Notes under the pieces: model-generated
The model's input: the letters and a program-made list of their open reading frames with translations, nothing else
Told to the model about the DNA's origin: nothing
Databases searched by the model: none
Position numbers and translations under genes: made by a program
Assembly (NCBI GenBank): GCA_043811995.1
Contig: JBDRMP010000055.1
Span: 372 to 64,371 of the forward strand
Source: Planctomycetota bacterium
GTDB taxonomy: Bacteria > Planctomycetota > Phycisphaerae > Sedimentisphaerales > Anaerobacaceae
DNA: 64,000 nucleotides
Direction: 5' to 3'
Shown here: one piece after another, positions 37,496-46,720 of the stretch
How positions within the stretch are numbered: position 1 is the stretch's first letter
Layout of the letters: the number at the start of each line of letters is the position of its first letter

Positions 37496-38358
37496 CAACG
37501 CTCATCCAGCAATTGCTTCTGTTGTTTAATCTGTCCGGAGCTCTTGCCCCGTATCTCACGGATGGTTAGCTTCGCAGGACCCGTTGAATCTCTCGCGCCC
37601 TCCATCCGCTTGCGCAATACTCGCCTGACCTGTGCCAAAATTTCCTCGCCTTGCGTTATAGCTTCATTGGCCAGCGTCTCGATTCGATTGCGAAATATGC
37701 CATACGCGGCCAATGCGGGAATCGCGATTAGAAGCCCCCAGAACGTCGTCACAAGGGCGACTGATATCCCCGCAGCCAACTGAACCGGCTGCGGTTGTCC
37801 CCCGGCGGCCACCATCGCGTTGAAAAGCTGTATCATCCCGACTACCGTCCCGAACAAACCAACCATCGGTGATACGTTGCCAATCAGGTTTATCCACTCT
37901 ATCCGTCGCATAAGCGATACCGCCTGGTCCTGCACTGATTCAAACATCGTCTCACGCATCCTGAACCAGTCGTCAACACCTTTGGATAGCGCCTTCGAAA
38001 CCGCAGTGCCGAGAATGTCGTCCCTTTGCCCGATTTCAACTGCCAGTCGCTTAAGCTCCGCCTCCTGCGCGAGGCGCGTTATCTCGGCCCCCGCATCGGC
38101 AGGCAGCAGCGTTTTACGCCGGATAGTCAAACAGTACTCAGCCGCAAGATAAACCATCACCAGCGACATCGGCACTAAAATAAACCAGACAATCGGTCCT
38201 CCCGATATAACAAACTGTTCCAAAAGCGTCCGCCCCTGTCCGGCCTGTACCTCCTTTGACGCAAGCCCCCCTCGCGTCGTCGTGAATATCACCCAGCCAA
38301 CTACTGCCAGCAGCAACAACAAAAAAACGCCCCTAAGCAAAAGCCGCTTACGCACCAT
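37495..38358 (-). CDS. exbB: MotA/TolQ/ExbB proton-channel family protein
   Basis: ...NLIGNVSPMVGLFGTVVGMIQLFNAM...ISVALVTTFWGLLIAIPALAAYGIFRNR is the conserved ExbB/TolQ TM2-TM3 core. The ATG overlaps the upstream stop (TAATG). Confidence 0.88.
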   Translation of the reverse strand: MVRKRLLLRGVFLLLLLAVVGWVIFTTTRGGLASKEVQAGQGRTLLEQFVISGGPIVWFILVPMSLVMVYLAAEYCLTIRRKTLLPADAGAEITRLAQEAELKRLAVEIGQRDDILGTAVSKALSKGVDDWFRMRETMFESVQDQAVSLMRRIEWINLIGNVSPMVGLFGTVVGMIQLFNAMVAAGGQPQPVQLAAGISVALVTTFWGLLIAIPALAAYGIFRNRIETLANEAITQGEEILAQVRRVLRKRMEGARDSTGPAKLTIREIRGKSSGQIKQQKQLLDER

Positions 38359-39395
38359 TACCTCCTGCCTGACATCGCCTCAGAATTGTATCCGTCGTTT
38401 ACAACCTTGAACTCACCGCCGCTTTCTCTTGCAATCTTTTCGAGCGTGCGTCTGTCCTGCTCGCCCGGCCAAAAACCAATCGTGTTGATTTGTGTTTTGG
38501 GCGAGAAACTTCTCTGCATCGTCATAATCTGATGTGCAAATTGCGTTCCGTCCTGTTCGCCCAGCTCAAAACCATCCGTCAAAAAATATATTACCGAGGG
38601 CCCGACGTTCGTATCATCCCGAATATGCACCGCCGTCTGTATCGCCGCCGGCGCGTTAGTCGCACCCGCGGGCCGCAGAGAATCGATAAAACCGTATGCC
38701 TCTTTTTTGGCTCGCTCGCTCGCCCGCACCATTTTACCGCCGCCTGATTGCTGCACGCTACCCGCGCCAAAGGCAATCACACAAAAATACTGGTCGGCTT
38801 CCAATCGGCCGATTGATTCGATTAGCTCGCCTCGCACACATCGCCAAAGTCCCTGCATGCTGCCGGAGCAATCCACGACGTAACAGATTCGCCTGCCCCG
38901 TGCGGTGCTTCCAAAAAATTCCACCTGCGCCGTTTGCGTTTTATTTGCGGTCGGCAATCCGGCCGGTTCGAGAGGGATATCGCTTGATGGTATTGATTGG
39001 TAATTGGGATTTGGAATTTGTGATGCGGGATTTGGCAACATTCTTCCTTTTGCCTTTGATACAGGGCGACTTTCGCTGACAACTTTCGGCTTGGGAATAA
39101 CCGCCGGCAACTGCGACAATTGTCTGGCCTGACTGATACTGACTGCCGCTTGCGCCTGTTGGGCATTCACGCTCTGCTGTGAAAATTTCATCACCCCGAA
39201 AACCGACAGCACCACCACGTGTGCGAAAATCGACACCCCCCACGCACGCAATCTTATTCCCCGCCCTCTTTTATTAACCGTTCCCTGGTTCACAAAACCG
39301 GTATCCTTATAATACGACCGTTGCCGCCGCACTGCTGCCGACTCTGTGACAGCAGTAGCCAAAAACTCAATTTCTGACGTCAACCAGCGACACAC
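38358..39395 (-). CDS. membrane-anchored VWA (MIDAS) domain protein with a TonB-like N-terminal anchor
   Basis: Single TM helix WGVSIFAHVVVLSVFGVMKF containing S-x3-H. Gln/Ala/Pro-rich linker (...PAVIPKPKVV...PNPASQIPNPNYQSIP...). VWA domain with ICYVVDCSGSM (DxSxS MIDAS motif) and ...VIYFLTDG. The start is uncertain: the ORF overlaps the ldt 3' end by 29 nt. Confidence 0.8.
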   Translation of the reverse strand: MCRWLTSEIEFLATAVTESAAVRRQRSYYKDTGFVNQGTVNKRGRGIRLRAWGVSIFAHVVVLSVFGVMKFSQQSVNAQQAQAAVSISQARQLSQLPAVIPKPKVVSESRPVSKAKGRMLPNPASQIPNPNYQSIPSSDIPLEPAGLPTANKTQTAQVEFFGSTARGRRICYVVDCSGSMQGLWRCVRGELIESIGRLEADQYFCVIAFGAGSVQQSGGGKMVRASERAKKEAYGFIDSLRPAGATNAPAAIQTAVHIRDDTNVGPSVIYFLTDGFELGEQDGTQFAHQIMTMQRSFSPKTQINTIGFWPGEQDRRTLEKIARESGGEFKVVNDGYNSEAMSGRR

Positions 39396-40404
39396 CCGGC
39401 ATCATCAGGTTATAAACCGTTATCGCGTCGCCATTGTGCAGCCGAATGCAACCCTGCGAACCGGGGCTGCCGATTTGCTCCGGGTCCTTTGTGCCGTGAA
39501 TCGCAAAGCCCGTCCTGCCGACTGCCGCCCCTTCGATACCCTCCAGCGCTATCCACCGCGAACCCAGCGGATAATCCGGGTCTTCCGGATGATATGTCTT
39601 GCCGCTTATTGGGTCCGTCCATATCGGCTTCACCAGCTTGCCGCCCTCTTTGACACGCCAGCGACCCGCCGGCGTCTCCATCCCCGCCTTGCCTAATCCC
39701 ACCTTAAAACTTTTCACGTAAGTATTCTGCAGATATAAATCCATCGTAAACGTCGAGCGATAAACTATCGCGTTGAAAGGCCCGTTAATAACCTTTAGCG
39801 TCGCCCCGGCCCGAAGCAGCTCAGGCCGTTCGATTCCGTTTATCTGCATCAAAATCTCATAAGGCACATTGTACATCTCGCCGATTTTCGTCAACAAATC
39901 ACCCGGGCTTACCCTGTAGCTGCTGCACAGCTTGTCACCCGTAAAAACAACGTTGCTGAACAGCCACTTGTCCGATAACGCCGTAAGTTGCTCCTTCACA
40001 AACGCCCGCTGCTGCCCGCCCGTCATCGGTAATAATTCGTTCAGCCGGTCCCTCGCTTCAATTATCCTCGGCGGCTGCCGGTTCACAAGCTCCATCGCCT
40101 CGGTAACGAGTGCCGGTACTGTTTTGTCGGGTTCGGCCGTAATCACTGTCGCTGTGACCGGAGCAGCCGCATTCGGCCCTGGCTGTGGTTCAACAGGTAT
40201 GGGCTCGGCTGGCTTAACCTCCGCAACCATTTCCGCCGACGGCGCCGGCAAATCCTGTGTCGGCTTCGCCCCTCGATGCCGCGACACAATTACATACCCT
40301 ATCGCCGAAGCAATGCACAGCACGACCACTACTACCACAACATAGAAAATCGTGCGAAACCGGGTTGCTCGTTTCTCGTTATACCCGCCCGGATAAACAG
40401 CCAT
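39367..40404 (-). CDS. L,D-transpeptidase (YkuD domain) with a LysM domain
   Basis: RBS AAGGAAGGAG before the ATG at 40404. TM anchor. LysM YRVSPGDLLTKIGEMYNVPYEILMQINGI...ATLKVI. Catalytic block GFAIHGT...GSPGSQGCIRLHNGD (His/Cys). Confidence 0.88.
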   Translation of the reverse strand: MAVYPGGYNEKRATRFRTIFYVVVVVVVLCIASAIGYVIVSRHRGAKPTQDLPAPSAEMVAEVKPAEPIPVEPQPGPNAAAPVTATVITAEPDKTVPALVTEAMELVNRQPPRIIEARDRLNELLPMTGGQQRAFVKEQLTALSDKWLFSNVVFTGDKLCSSYRVSPGDLLTKIGEMYNVPYEILMQINGIERPELLRAGATLKVINGPFNAIVYRSTFTMDLYLQNTYVKSFKVGLGKAGMETPAGRWRVKEGGKLVKPIWTDPISGKTYHPEDPDYPLGSRWIALEGIEGAAVGRTGFAIHGTKDPEQIGSPGSQGCIRLHNGDAITVYNLMMPGVSLVDVRN

Positions 40405-40408
40405 TCTG

Positions 40409-41032
40409 TTATTCTCCTTCCTTGCCTTTTCTGCTTGGTCTCGCCTTCCTTGTCTCGGAATCGTCCTGACCAAAATACAGCACTTCTTCATCTGTTACCA
40501 GAAAATCCACCGGTACATCATGGTTCGTCACAGGCACTGAATCTATCACCTGCTCGGCAAAAGCAAAACCGCACTTCGGCGCATGCAAATCCTTGTTGAC
40601 AAAAAACCTGTCGTAATACGAACCTCCCCGACCCAGCCGGTTGCCCCCGCGGTCAAAACCCAACCCGGGCGCCACAACCAAATCAATATCTTCAAACGGC
40701 ACGGGCGCACCGGTTATCGGATTTCGCAGACCTGCAACATCCGCCGAAAAACCCGTCTCTAATGAGTTTATCTGCACGGGTATCATATGTCTCTGCTGCC
40801 ACGACACCTTCGGCACCACCACAATCTTGCCTAATTGCCAGGCACAAAGTATCGCCTCCGACGTATCAAGCTCGTGCGGCAGCGACAAATACATCATAAT
40901 CGCCGAAGCGCTCTGAAATTCTGGCGTTGAAATCAGGTTCCGGCACGCACTTCGACTTTTATCTTTGCGCTCCTCGTCCTTTATGCCAATCAGGCGTTTC
41001 TGCAATTCCAGCCGTAACTGCGTCTTATCCAT
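40409..41032 (-). CDS. 5-formyltetrahydrofolate cyclo-ligase
   Basis: ...IMMYLSLPHELDT...DLVVAPGLGFDRGGNRLGRGGSYYDRF... are the MTHFS family motifs. Confidence 0.85.
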   Translation of the reverse strand: MDKTQLRLELQKRLIGIKDEERKDKSRSACRNLISTPEFQSASAIMMYLSLPHELDTSEAILCAWQLGKIVVVPKVSWQQRHMIPVQINSLETGFSADVAGLRNPITGAPVPFEDIDLVVAPGLGFDRGGNRLGRGGSYYDRFFVNKDLHAPKCGFAFAEQVIDSVPVTNHDVPVDFLVTDEEVLYFGQDDSETRKARPSRKGKEGE

Positions 41033-41074
41033 TCAGAACCTCATTCACCCTTTCCTGCCCCGTGCCAAAAGGGC

Positions 41075-42460
41075 TCAAGTGCCTTTTTCGCCGGTATCTC
41101 TTTGGGCCTTGCTCTCTTTTATCAATATTTCCAGCTTTTGTAAATAAGCCCGAATATTTTTTTCATATCCCCGCTCCGTCGGCCTGTAGTATCGCTTCTC
41201 GCCCAGTCCGGGAAGATATTCCTGCACCACAAATCCCTCCGCAAATTCGTGCGGATACTTATAATCCGCACCGAATCCCAGTTTTTTGGCTCCCGTGTAA
41301 TGACTGTCCTTCAAGTGCTTTGGAACCGCCACCGTCGGCTCATTTTGCACTTCGCCGCCCGCCTTCCATATCGCGGCTGCCGAGGCATTCGACTTCGGCG
41401 CACAAGCCACGTAAATCGCCGCCTGCGCGAGTGGCAACTGTGCCTCAGGCAAACCCACAAACTCGCTTATCTGGACCGCCGCTGCCGCCAATACCGTCGC
41501 CATCGGGTCGGCGTTACCCACGTCCTCTGCCGCACAAACCGCTATACGTCTCGCTATGAACCGCACGTCTTCACCGCCGGCAATCATTCTCGCAAGCCAG
41601 TAAACCGTCGCATCGGGGTCGCTGCCTCGCATACTCTTTTGAAAGGCACTGGCCAAATCATAGTGTGTATCGCCCGTCCCGTCGTATTCAATCGTCTTTC
41701 CCTGTATCGAATCTTTAGCTGTTTGCAAATCGAACTTTACCATTCCACCCGTTTTTCGGGTTGATTGCGACAGAACTCCCACTTCCAGCGCCGTCAATGC
41801 CTTTCTCGCGTCGCCGTCGCATACGGCTGCAAGATACTTAATCGCCTTTTCATCCGCCTCGATATCGTTTTTGCCAAGCCCTCTATCCTTGTCGCCAATC
41901 GCCCGCTTCAACAACTGCACAATATCATCTTCGTTCAACGGCTCAAAATAAAATACCGTGCTTCTGCTGATTAGTGGCGAGTTTATTGCGAAAAACGGAT
42001 TCTCCGTTGTCGCGCCTATGAACAGTAATATCCCCGATTCCACGTCATCCAAAAGCACGTCCTGCTGTGCCCGATTGAACCTGTGAATCTCATCTATGAA
42101 CAAAACCGTCCTGCCGCCACTTGCAGCCAACCGGTCTTTTGCCTCGGCGATTATGTCGCGGATGTCTTTGACGCTCGCCGCCGGCGCGCTTAGATATCGG
42201 AATTCCGCCTTCGTCTGGTTTGCGATGACATTCGCAAGAGATGTCTTGCCCACTCCCGGCGGGCCGTAAAAAATCAAGCTCGACAGGGCGTCCGCTTCCA
42301 GCATCCGCCGAAGAAGCTTACCTTCGCCGATAAAATGCCGCTGGCCCGCAAACTCATTTAACGACCTCGGCCTCATCCTAACCGCCAACGGTGCCGCTGC
42401 GGCTATCCTGGCTCGCTCCGAACCGCCAAACAGTGTCTTTTCATTCCTGCCCGCATTCAT
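41075..42460 (-). CDS. rarA: replication-associated recombination protein A (AAA+ ATPase RarA/MgsA)
   Basis: ...LIFYGPPGVGKTSLA (Walker A), VLFIDEIHRFN (Walker B/sensor) and the C-terminal MgsA domain ...YDLASAFQKSMRGSDPDATVYWLARM... Confidence 0.93.
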   Translation of the reverse strand: MNAGRNEKTLFGGSERARIAAAAPLAVRMRPRSLNEFAGQRHFIGEGKLLRRMLEADALSSLIFYGPPGVGKTSLANVIANQTKAEFRYLSAPAASVKDIRDIIAEAKDRLAASGGRTVLFIDEIHRFNRAQQDVLLDDVESGILLFIGATTENPFFAINSPLISRSTVFYFEPLNEDDIVQLLKRAIGDKDRGLGKNDIEADEKAIKYLAAVCDGDARKALTALEVGVLSQSTRKTGGMVKFDLQTAKDSIQGKTIEYDGTGDTHYDLASAFQKSMRGSDPDATVYWLARMIAGGEDVRFIARRIAVCAAEDVGNADPMATVLAAAAVQISEFVGLPEAQLPLAQAAIYVACAPKSNASAAAIWKAGGEVQNEPTVAVPKHLKDSHYTGAKKLGFGADYKYPHEFAEGFVVQEYLPGLGEKRYYRPTERGYEKNIRAYLQKLEILIKESKAQRDTGEKGT

Positions 42461-42594
42461 CGAACTATATTATAAGCTGGCGGGCAGCAAAAAATCCTCA
42501 ATAAATTTGCTTGACAGTGCCGAACTGATAATTTAGCTATAAAGGCACTTATCAGTATTGTTAAACGCTATTGCAAACAGATTGGAGAGCTATT

Positions 42595-43983
42595 ATGGAA
42601 GTCAAAATTCAACTAAGAGAAAAAGACATACCCAAACAATGGTATAACATCGCTGCCGATTTACCCACCCCCTTGCTGCCGCCTCTCGGCCCCGATGGCA
42701 AACCCATCGGCCCCGAAATGCTGGCTCCGGTCTTTCCGATGAATCTCATTGAGCAGGAGGTCAGTTCAAAGAAATGGATAGACATCCCCGAAGAAATTCT
42801 CGATATCCTCTATAGATGGCGGCCTGCACCCTTAAGAAGAGCCGTTTATCTCGAAAGGTATTTGAAAACCCCCGCCCGCATCTATTACAAGGATGAGAGC
42901 ACCAGCCCCCCCGGAAGCCATAAGCCAAACACCGCCGTCCCGCAGGCCTGGTACAACAAGCAGTTCGGCATCAAACGCCTCACCACCGAAACCGGCGCTG
43001 GACAGTGGGGTAGCGCCCTTGCCTTCGCATGCGCTCTGCTCGAGCTCGAATGCAAGGTTTATATGGTCAGAATCAGCTTCGACCAGAAACCCTTCCGAAA
43101 GCTTATGATGCAGGTCTGGGGCGCAAATTGCGTCGCAAGCCCGAGCAACGAAACCAACGCTGGCAGAAAAATCCTCGCCGAGATGCCAAATACCCCCGGC
43201 TCACTCGGTATAGCCATCAGCGAGGCAATCGAGGCAGCCGTAACCGACAAAACGGGCAAAACACGATATTCCCTTGGCAGCGTATTAAATCATGTCCTAC
43301 TGCATCAGACAATCATAGGTCTTGAAGCCAAAAAACAGCTCGAAATCGCCGGCGAAAAAACCGTTGACGTCGTCATCGGCTGCGCAGGCGGCGGCTCCAA
43401 CTTCGCCGGATTGTCCTTCCCGTTCGTCGCAGACAAAATCAACGGCGCCAATATCAAAATTGTGCCCGTCGAGCCGACGGCCTGCCCTACTATGACACGT
43501 GCGCCCTTCGTTTACGACTTCGGCGATACCGCCTGCACGACCCCGCTTCTGGCAATGTACAGTCTTGGGCACGCCTTCGTCCCCCCACCCATCCACGCCG
43601 GCGGCCTGCGATACCACGGTATGGCGCCCCTTGTCTGCCAGGCCATCGTCGAAGGTCTTCTTGAACCAAAGGCCTATCACCAGAACAAATGCTACGAGGC
43701 GGCCATCACGTGGGCCAAAACCGAGGGAGCTATCTGCGCCCCGGAAACCAGCCATGCAATCGCAGCGGTTATTGACGAGGCAAATGAGGCAAAGGAAGAA
43801 GGCAAAGAAAAGGTCATTCTGTTCAACTACAGCGGCCATGGCCTTATGGACCTGACCGGCTACGACGCCTTCCTTTCAGGAAAACTCACCGACTATGAGC
43901 TGCCCCAACAGGACCTTGAAAAATTTACCGCTCCCTTGAAAAATCTTCCAAAGGCCGAGGCAAGAAAAACCGGAAAATGGTAA
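42595..43983 (+). CDS. TrpB-like PLP-dependent enzyme (tryptophan synthase beta, type 2)
   Basis: [24 protein letters not shown]... is the TrpB2 N-terminal extension. ...[17 protein letters not shown] (PLP-Lys), ...[11 protein letters not shown]... No trpA is adjacent. Confidence 0.88.
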   Translation: MEVKIQLREKDIPKQWYNIAADLPTPLLPPLGPDGKPIGPEMLAPVFPMNLIEQEVSSKKWIDIPEEILDILYRWRPAPLRRAVYLERYLKTPARIYYKDESTSPPGSHKPNTAVPQAWYNKQFGIKRLTTETGAGQWGSALAFACALLELECKVYMVRISFDQKPFRKLMMQVWGANCVASPSNETNAGRKILAEMPNTPGSLGIAISEAIEAAVTDKTGKTRYSLGSVLNHVLLHQTIIGLEAKKQLEIAGEKTVDVVIGCAGGGSNFAGLSFPFVADKINGANIKIVPVEPTACPTMTRAPFVYDFGDTACTTPLLAMYSLGHAFVPPPIHAGGLRYHGMAPLVCQAIVEGLLEPKAYHQNKCYEAAITWAKTEGAICAPETSHAIAAVIDEANEAKEEGKEKVILFNYSGHGLMDLTGYDAFLSGKLTDYELPQQDLEKFTAPLKNLPKAEARKTGKW

Positions 43984-44019
43984 TTTCCTTGACACAGCAT
44001 TACTAAGACAATAAAAATC

Positions 44020-44089
44020 TTTGAAAATATAGACCGATAAAACAGCCGCCTTTAGGGCTGATATTTTGAAAATGGCGTTTTTTGAAAAT
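44020..44089. repeat. three copies of TTTGAAAAT upstream of the porin-like gene
   Basis: Exact 9-mers at 44020-44028, 44065-44073 and 44081-44089. Confidence 0.85.
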
Positions 44090-44233
44090 AACAGGCAAAA
44101 AACTTATTTTTGCTTGACGCCTGTATCAGTATAGTTAAACTTGTTTTGCCTCTCGGTGCGGGGCCGGAGGAGCTAAAAAAAACGTGTAAAAAACTTAATT
44201 ATGTGAGGGTACACTTTTAAGGAGATGAGCATT

Positions 44234-45133
44234 ATGAGAAAAGAATTTTTGGTAGCAGCGGTGATTTTGTTTGGTTCAGTAGCCCCTTTGTTTGCACAGG
44301 ATGCCCCGGATGGTGCACTCCACGGCAATGTCGGTGTTACCTATGATACCCTGTATGTATGGCGAGGCATCCTCGTCTATGGGCACCATAGTGCCATACA
44401 CCCCTTTATTGACCTCGACCTGTTTGGCACGGGCTTCCATCTCGAAACAATTGCGCATCGCGCCAACTCCAGCGGCTATGAGGAAAGCGAAAGATGGGAC
44501 TACTCTCTCTATTATGCAGGCGCTCTCAATGTAGAACAACCCTGGGAAACCCGATATATGGTCGGCTACAGATACTTCAACTATCCTGAACTCTCCAGCC
44601 ATGGCTCTTATAAGAGCTCGTCCGAACCAGGCAGCGTGGACCTCCAGGAAATGTATGCCGGATTCTCCTTTCCGAACCTGCTCGGGGTTCCGGGTCTTGT
44701 CCCAAGCTATGTCGTAATCAAGGGCTGGCCCAGCAATAAAGACACACTTGTCGGCTGTCGAAATCCCAACGGCGGAACCTACTCCGGCTGGGCACATGTT
44801 TTTATGCTCGATTATGGTATGAAGGTTACGGGCTTCACTGCCGAAACACCCGAGCAAATTATCAATTTCCACGTTGAGACGGTTTACAACGACGGCGTTG
44901 ACCCAAGACCTTTGGGCGGCTACACCGACAGCGACTGGACACACGTGATGTTTGGCGTCTCTACCGATTTCAACCTCGGCAGCGGACTGACCTTCACCCC
45001 AGGGCTTAACTATCAGATTACTTTCGAGGATAATGGAAGGGAGCTTATGCCGGGATTCCCGACCAGCACAAAAGGCGTCAGCCCAGACCATGATATCCTT
45101 TGGGCAAGTGCGACCATAAAGTACAAATTCTGA
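44234..45133 (+). CDS. outer-membrane beta-barrel (porin-like) protein
   Basis: AAGGAG RBS. Signal peptide MRKEFLVAAVILFGSVAPLFAQD. Alternating-strand sequence ending ...WASATIKYKF (terminal Phe). Family uncertain (TorF/Gcw-like?). Confidence 0.7.
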   Translation: MRKEFLVAAVILFGSVAPLFAQDAPDGALHGNVGVTYDTLYVWRGILVYGHHSAIHPFIDLDLFGTGFHLETIAHRANSSGYEESERWDYSLYYAGALNVEQPWETRYMVGYRYFNYPELSSHGSYKSSSEPGSVDLQEMYAGFSFPNLLGVPGLVPSYVVIKGWPSNKDTLVGCRNPNGGTYSGWAHVFMLDYGMKVTGFTAETPEQIINFHVETVYNDGVDPRPLGGYTDSDWTHVMFGVSTDFNLGSGLTFTPGLNYQITFEDNGRELMPGFPTSTKGVSPDHDILWASATIKYKF

Positions 45134-45163
45134 TTAAATCTGCTGATTTGGAACACAAAAAAA

Positions 45164-45202
45164 GGGGCCGGCCCGTAAAAAAAGGTCGGCTCCTTTGTTT
45201 TT
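45164..45202 (+). terminator. rho-independent terminator
   Basis: Stem GGGGCCGGCC / GGTCGGCTCC (10 bp including G-U pairs), A-rich loop, then TTTGTTTTT. Confidence 0.6.
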
Positions 45203-45235
45203 ACCCCTAAAAAATTGCTCTGATTTCCCCTTCAA

Positions 45236-45265
45236 AAGGCCGGCTTCAACACCCCGGCCTTTTCG
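45236..45265. terminator. hairpin between convergent genes
   Basis: AAGGCCGG (45236-45243) / CCGGCCTT (45254-45261), loop CTTCAACACC, with T-rich flanks on both strands. Confidence 0.45.
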
Positions 45266-45289
45266 ATTTTCGGAAGTGATAAAAAACTC

Positions 45290-45863
45290 TTATCGCCGGC
45301 GAAGCCGGAGGACGGCCAAAGCGCCGAGGCCAAGCAGGAAAAGAGTCGCGGGCTCGGGGATGAATTGCACTTTCGAATATGCACCATCACTGGAAAGATA
45401 TATATTGAAAGGATTTCCGTTGGATAACCAGTTTCCGTATAAATGGCCTCTGCCGTTTGGGCCAAGAGGTTCGAACCGGTCAAAGTCAGCGTATAATTCG
45501 ACTACGGAGGTGTTTGTGGGTGAAGGGTCGATATAAAGCTCCATTGGACCCTCGCTATTAAAAAAACTCTGTTTTAGTGTTTTCATAAAGATAAAGATAA
45601 GCTACCGAACCGCCATACATTGTAAGCTCGCTGTTGTCATACATCCAGAAGTAACCCACCCCTCCTCCTCTAGGCATTGTTACAGTAACGTCATTACGTG
45701 TAATAAGCTCAGAAATCACGAACCACTCTTTTCCAGAACCGATCTCGTAATTGCCCGATGTCCATTCAACGGGAACTGCATAGGAACTGCCTGATAATGC
45801 AAGGAGTAAAAGAATAATAAACGAAATTGTTGTGTGTAATTTGAGCATAATAATGCCTTTCAA
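45290..45863 (-). pseudogene. PEP-CTERM protein gene split by a +1/-1 frameshift in a T7 run
   Basis: ORF 45863-45558 carries a signal peptide (MLKLHTTISFIILLLLALSGSSYA) but no anchor. ORF 45586-45290 has no signal peptide but ends in IPEPATLFLLGLGALAVLRLRRR. The two frames meet at GAG TTT TTT TAA; the T7 run is at 45560-45566 (A7 on the plus strand). Removing one T fuses ...ENTKTEFF to NSEGPMELY... Confidence 0.75.
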
Positions 45864-46048
45864 AAGGTAAGTTTCACTATTTTTAGTTTACTCGAAACAA
45901 TCCTAAAAATCAAGATATTTCTTGTTACCTTACGACATTTTTCACCTAATCATCAAATCAGTTACCTCATCTTTTCGTTACTCATTCGGGTCACGGCCTG
46001 ATATCGCCGGCCTTTTTGATTTCATCGTGGTTAACCAACGAAATTACT

Positions 46049-46720
46049 TTAATAGGTCATTTCCTGGAGTATAATCCTAAACTCCAGATACTCCTGTTCG
46101 CTCCATCCCTCAAGCCCGCCTGACTGCCAAAGCTGGTCAAGCCATTCAACATTTTCTTCGATTTGCTCAGCGGTAAGTCCTGCTTCCTCCTCAGCCGGCT
46201 CGGCAATTACCGCAGGTTCTTCGACGACCGGAGGTTGTTCTATAACAAGCGTCACGGGCGACTGCTCGACTAACACGACCGGCTCGTCTGCACTTTGAGA
46301 AATCATCGCCATACTGCTATTTTCTTGTTGTTCGAGAAGCATTTGGTATAGTCCCGAACAGGGCGCAATCCAAAGCCAGTCATCGCAGAACAAGGCCAAA
46401 TCGTATATATCAACGTCGTTATCGTCATCGAGAGTAATCGAAGGATTATTTGTCGATTTCCAGGCCGATGCGAATTGAGCGAAATCAAGGAAGTTTACAA
46501 TCGAATCGCCGTTGTAGTCCGCCTTTGGCGCAAACTCATCTGCTCCGATGTCGGCTCGCTCATCTGATTTACCATAAATAACGCGGCATTGGCCGTCGAT
46601 GTCGGTTTCTCCTTCGTAATTAGCGCAGGGGTCGCCCGCATCGATACAATTGGAGTCGTCTTTGAGGTGAAAATCATTTATATCAGGATTTCTGAAACAG
46701 GGGTCGCAGTCGATATTGCT
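46049..46720 (-). pseudogene. 3' fragment of a beta-helix/dockerin-like secreted protein gene (5' end missing)
   Basis: Recognisable sequence starts abruptly at SNIDCDPCFRNPDINDFHLKDDSNCIDAGDP...DIDGQCRV...DIGADEF (the usual end of a right-handed beta-helix domain), followed by a dockerin/EF-hand-like DYNGDSIVNFLDFAQFASAW...DDDNDVDIYDLALF. The 92 codons upstream in the track ORF are antisense to the neighbouring barrel fragment and contain no signal peptide. Confidence 0.6.

Noticed and set aside
40927-41559. 210-aa Pro/Ser-rich plus-strand ORF.
   Set aside because: It is antisense to rarA and the cyclo-ligase, and its low-complexity composition is typical of a non-coding frame.
44020-44089. 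Repeated 9-mers and the various dyads, considered as a possible CRISPR array.
   Set aside because: The repeats are too short, too few and irregularly spaced, and there are no cas genes.
44276-45091. 271-aa minus-strand ORF.
   Set aside because: It is antisense to the signal-peptide-bearing beta-barrel gene at 44234-45133, which has an RBS and a terminal Phe.
45460-45480. GGTTCGAACC string resembling a tRNA T-arm.
   Set aside because: It lies inside the PEP-CTERM coding frame, with no acceptor, D or anticodon arms around it. No tRNA genes were recognised anywhere in the window.
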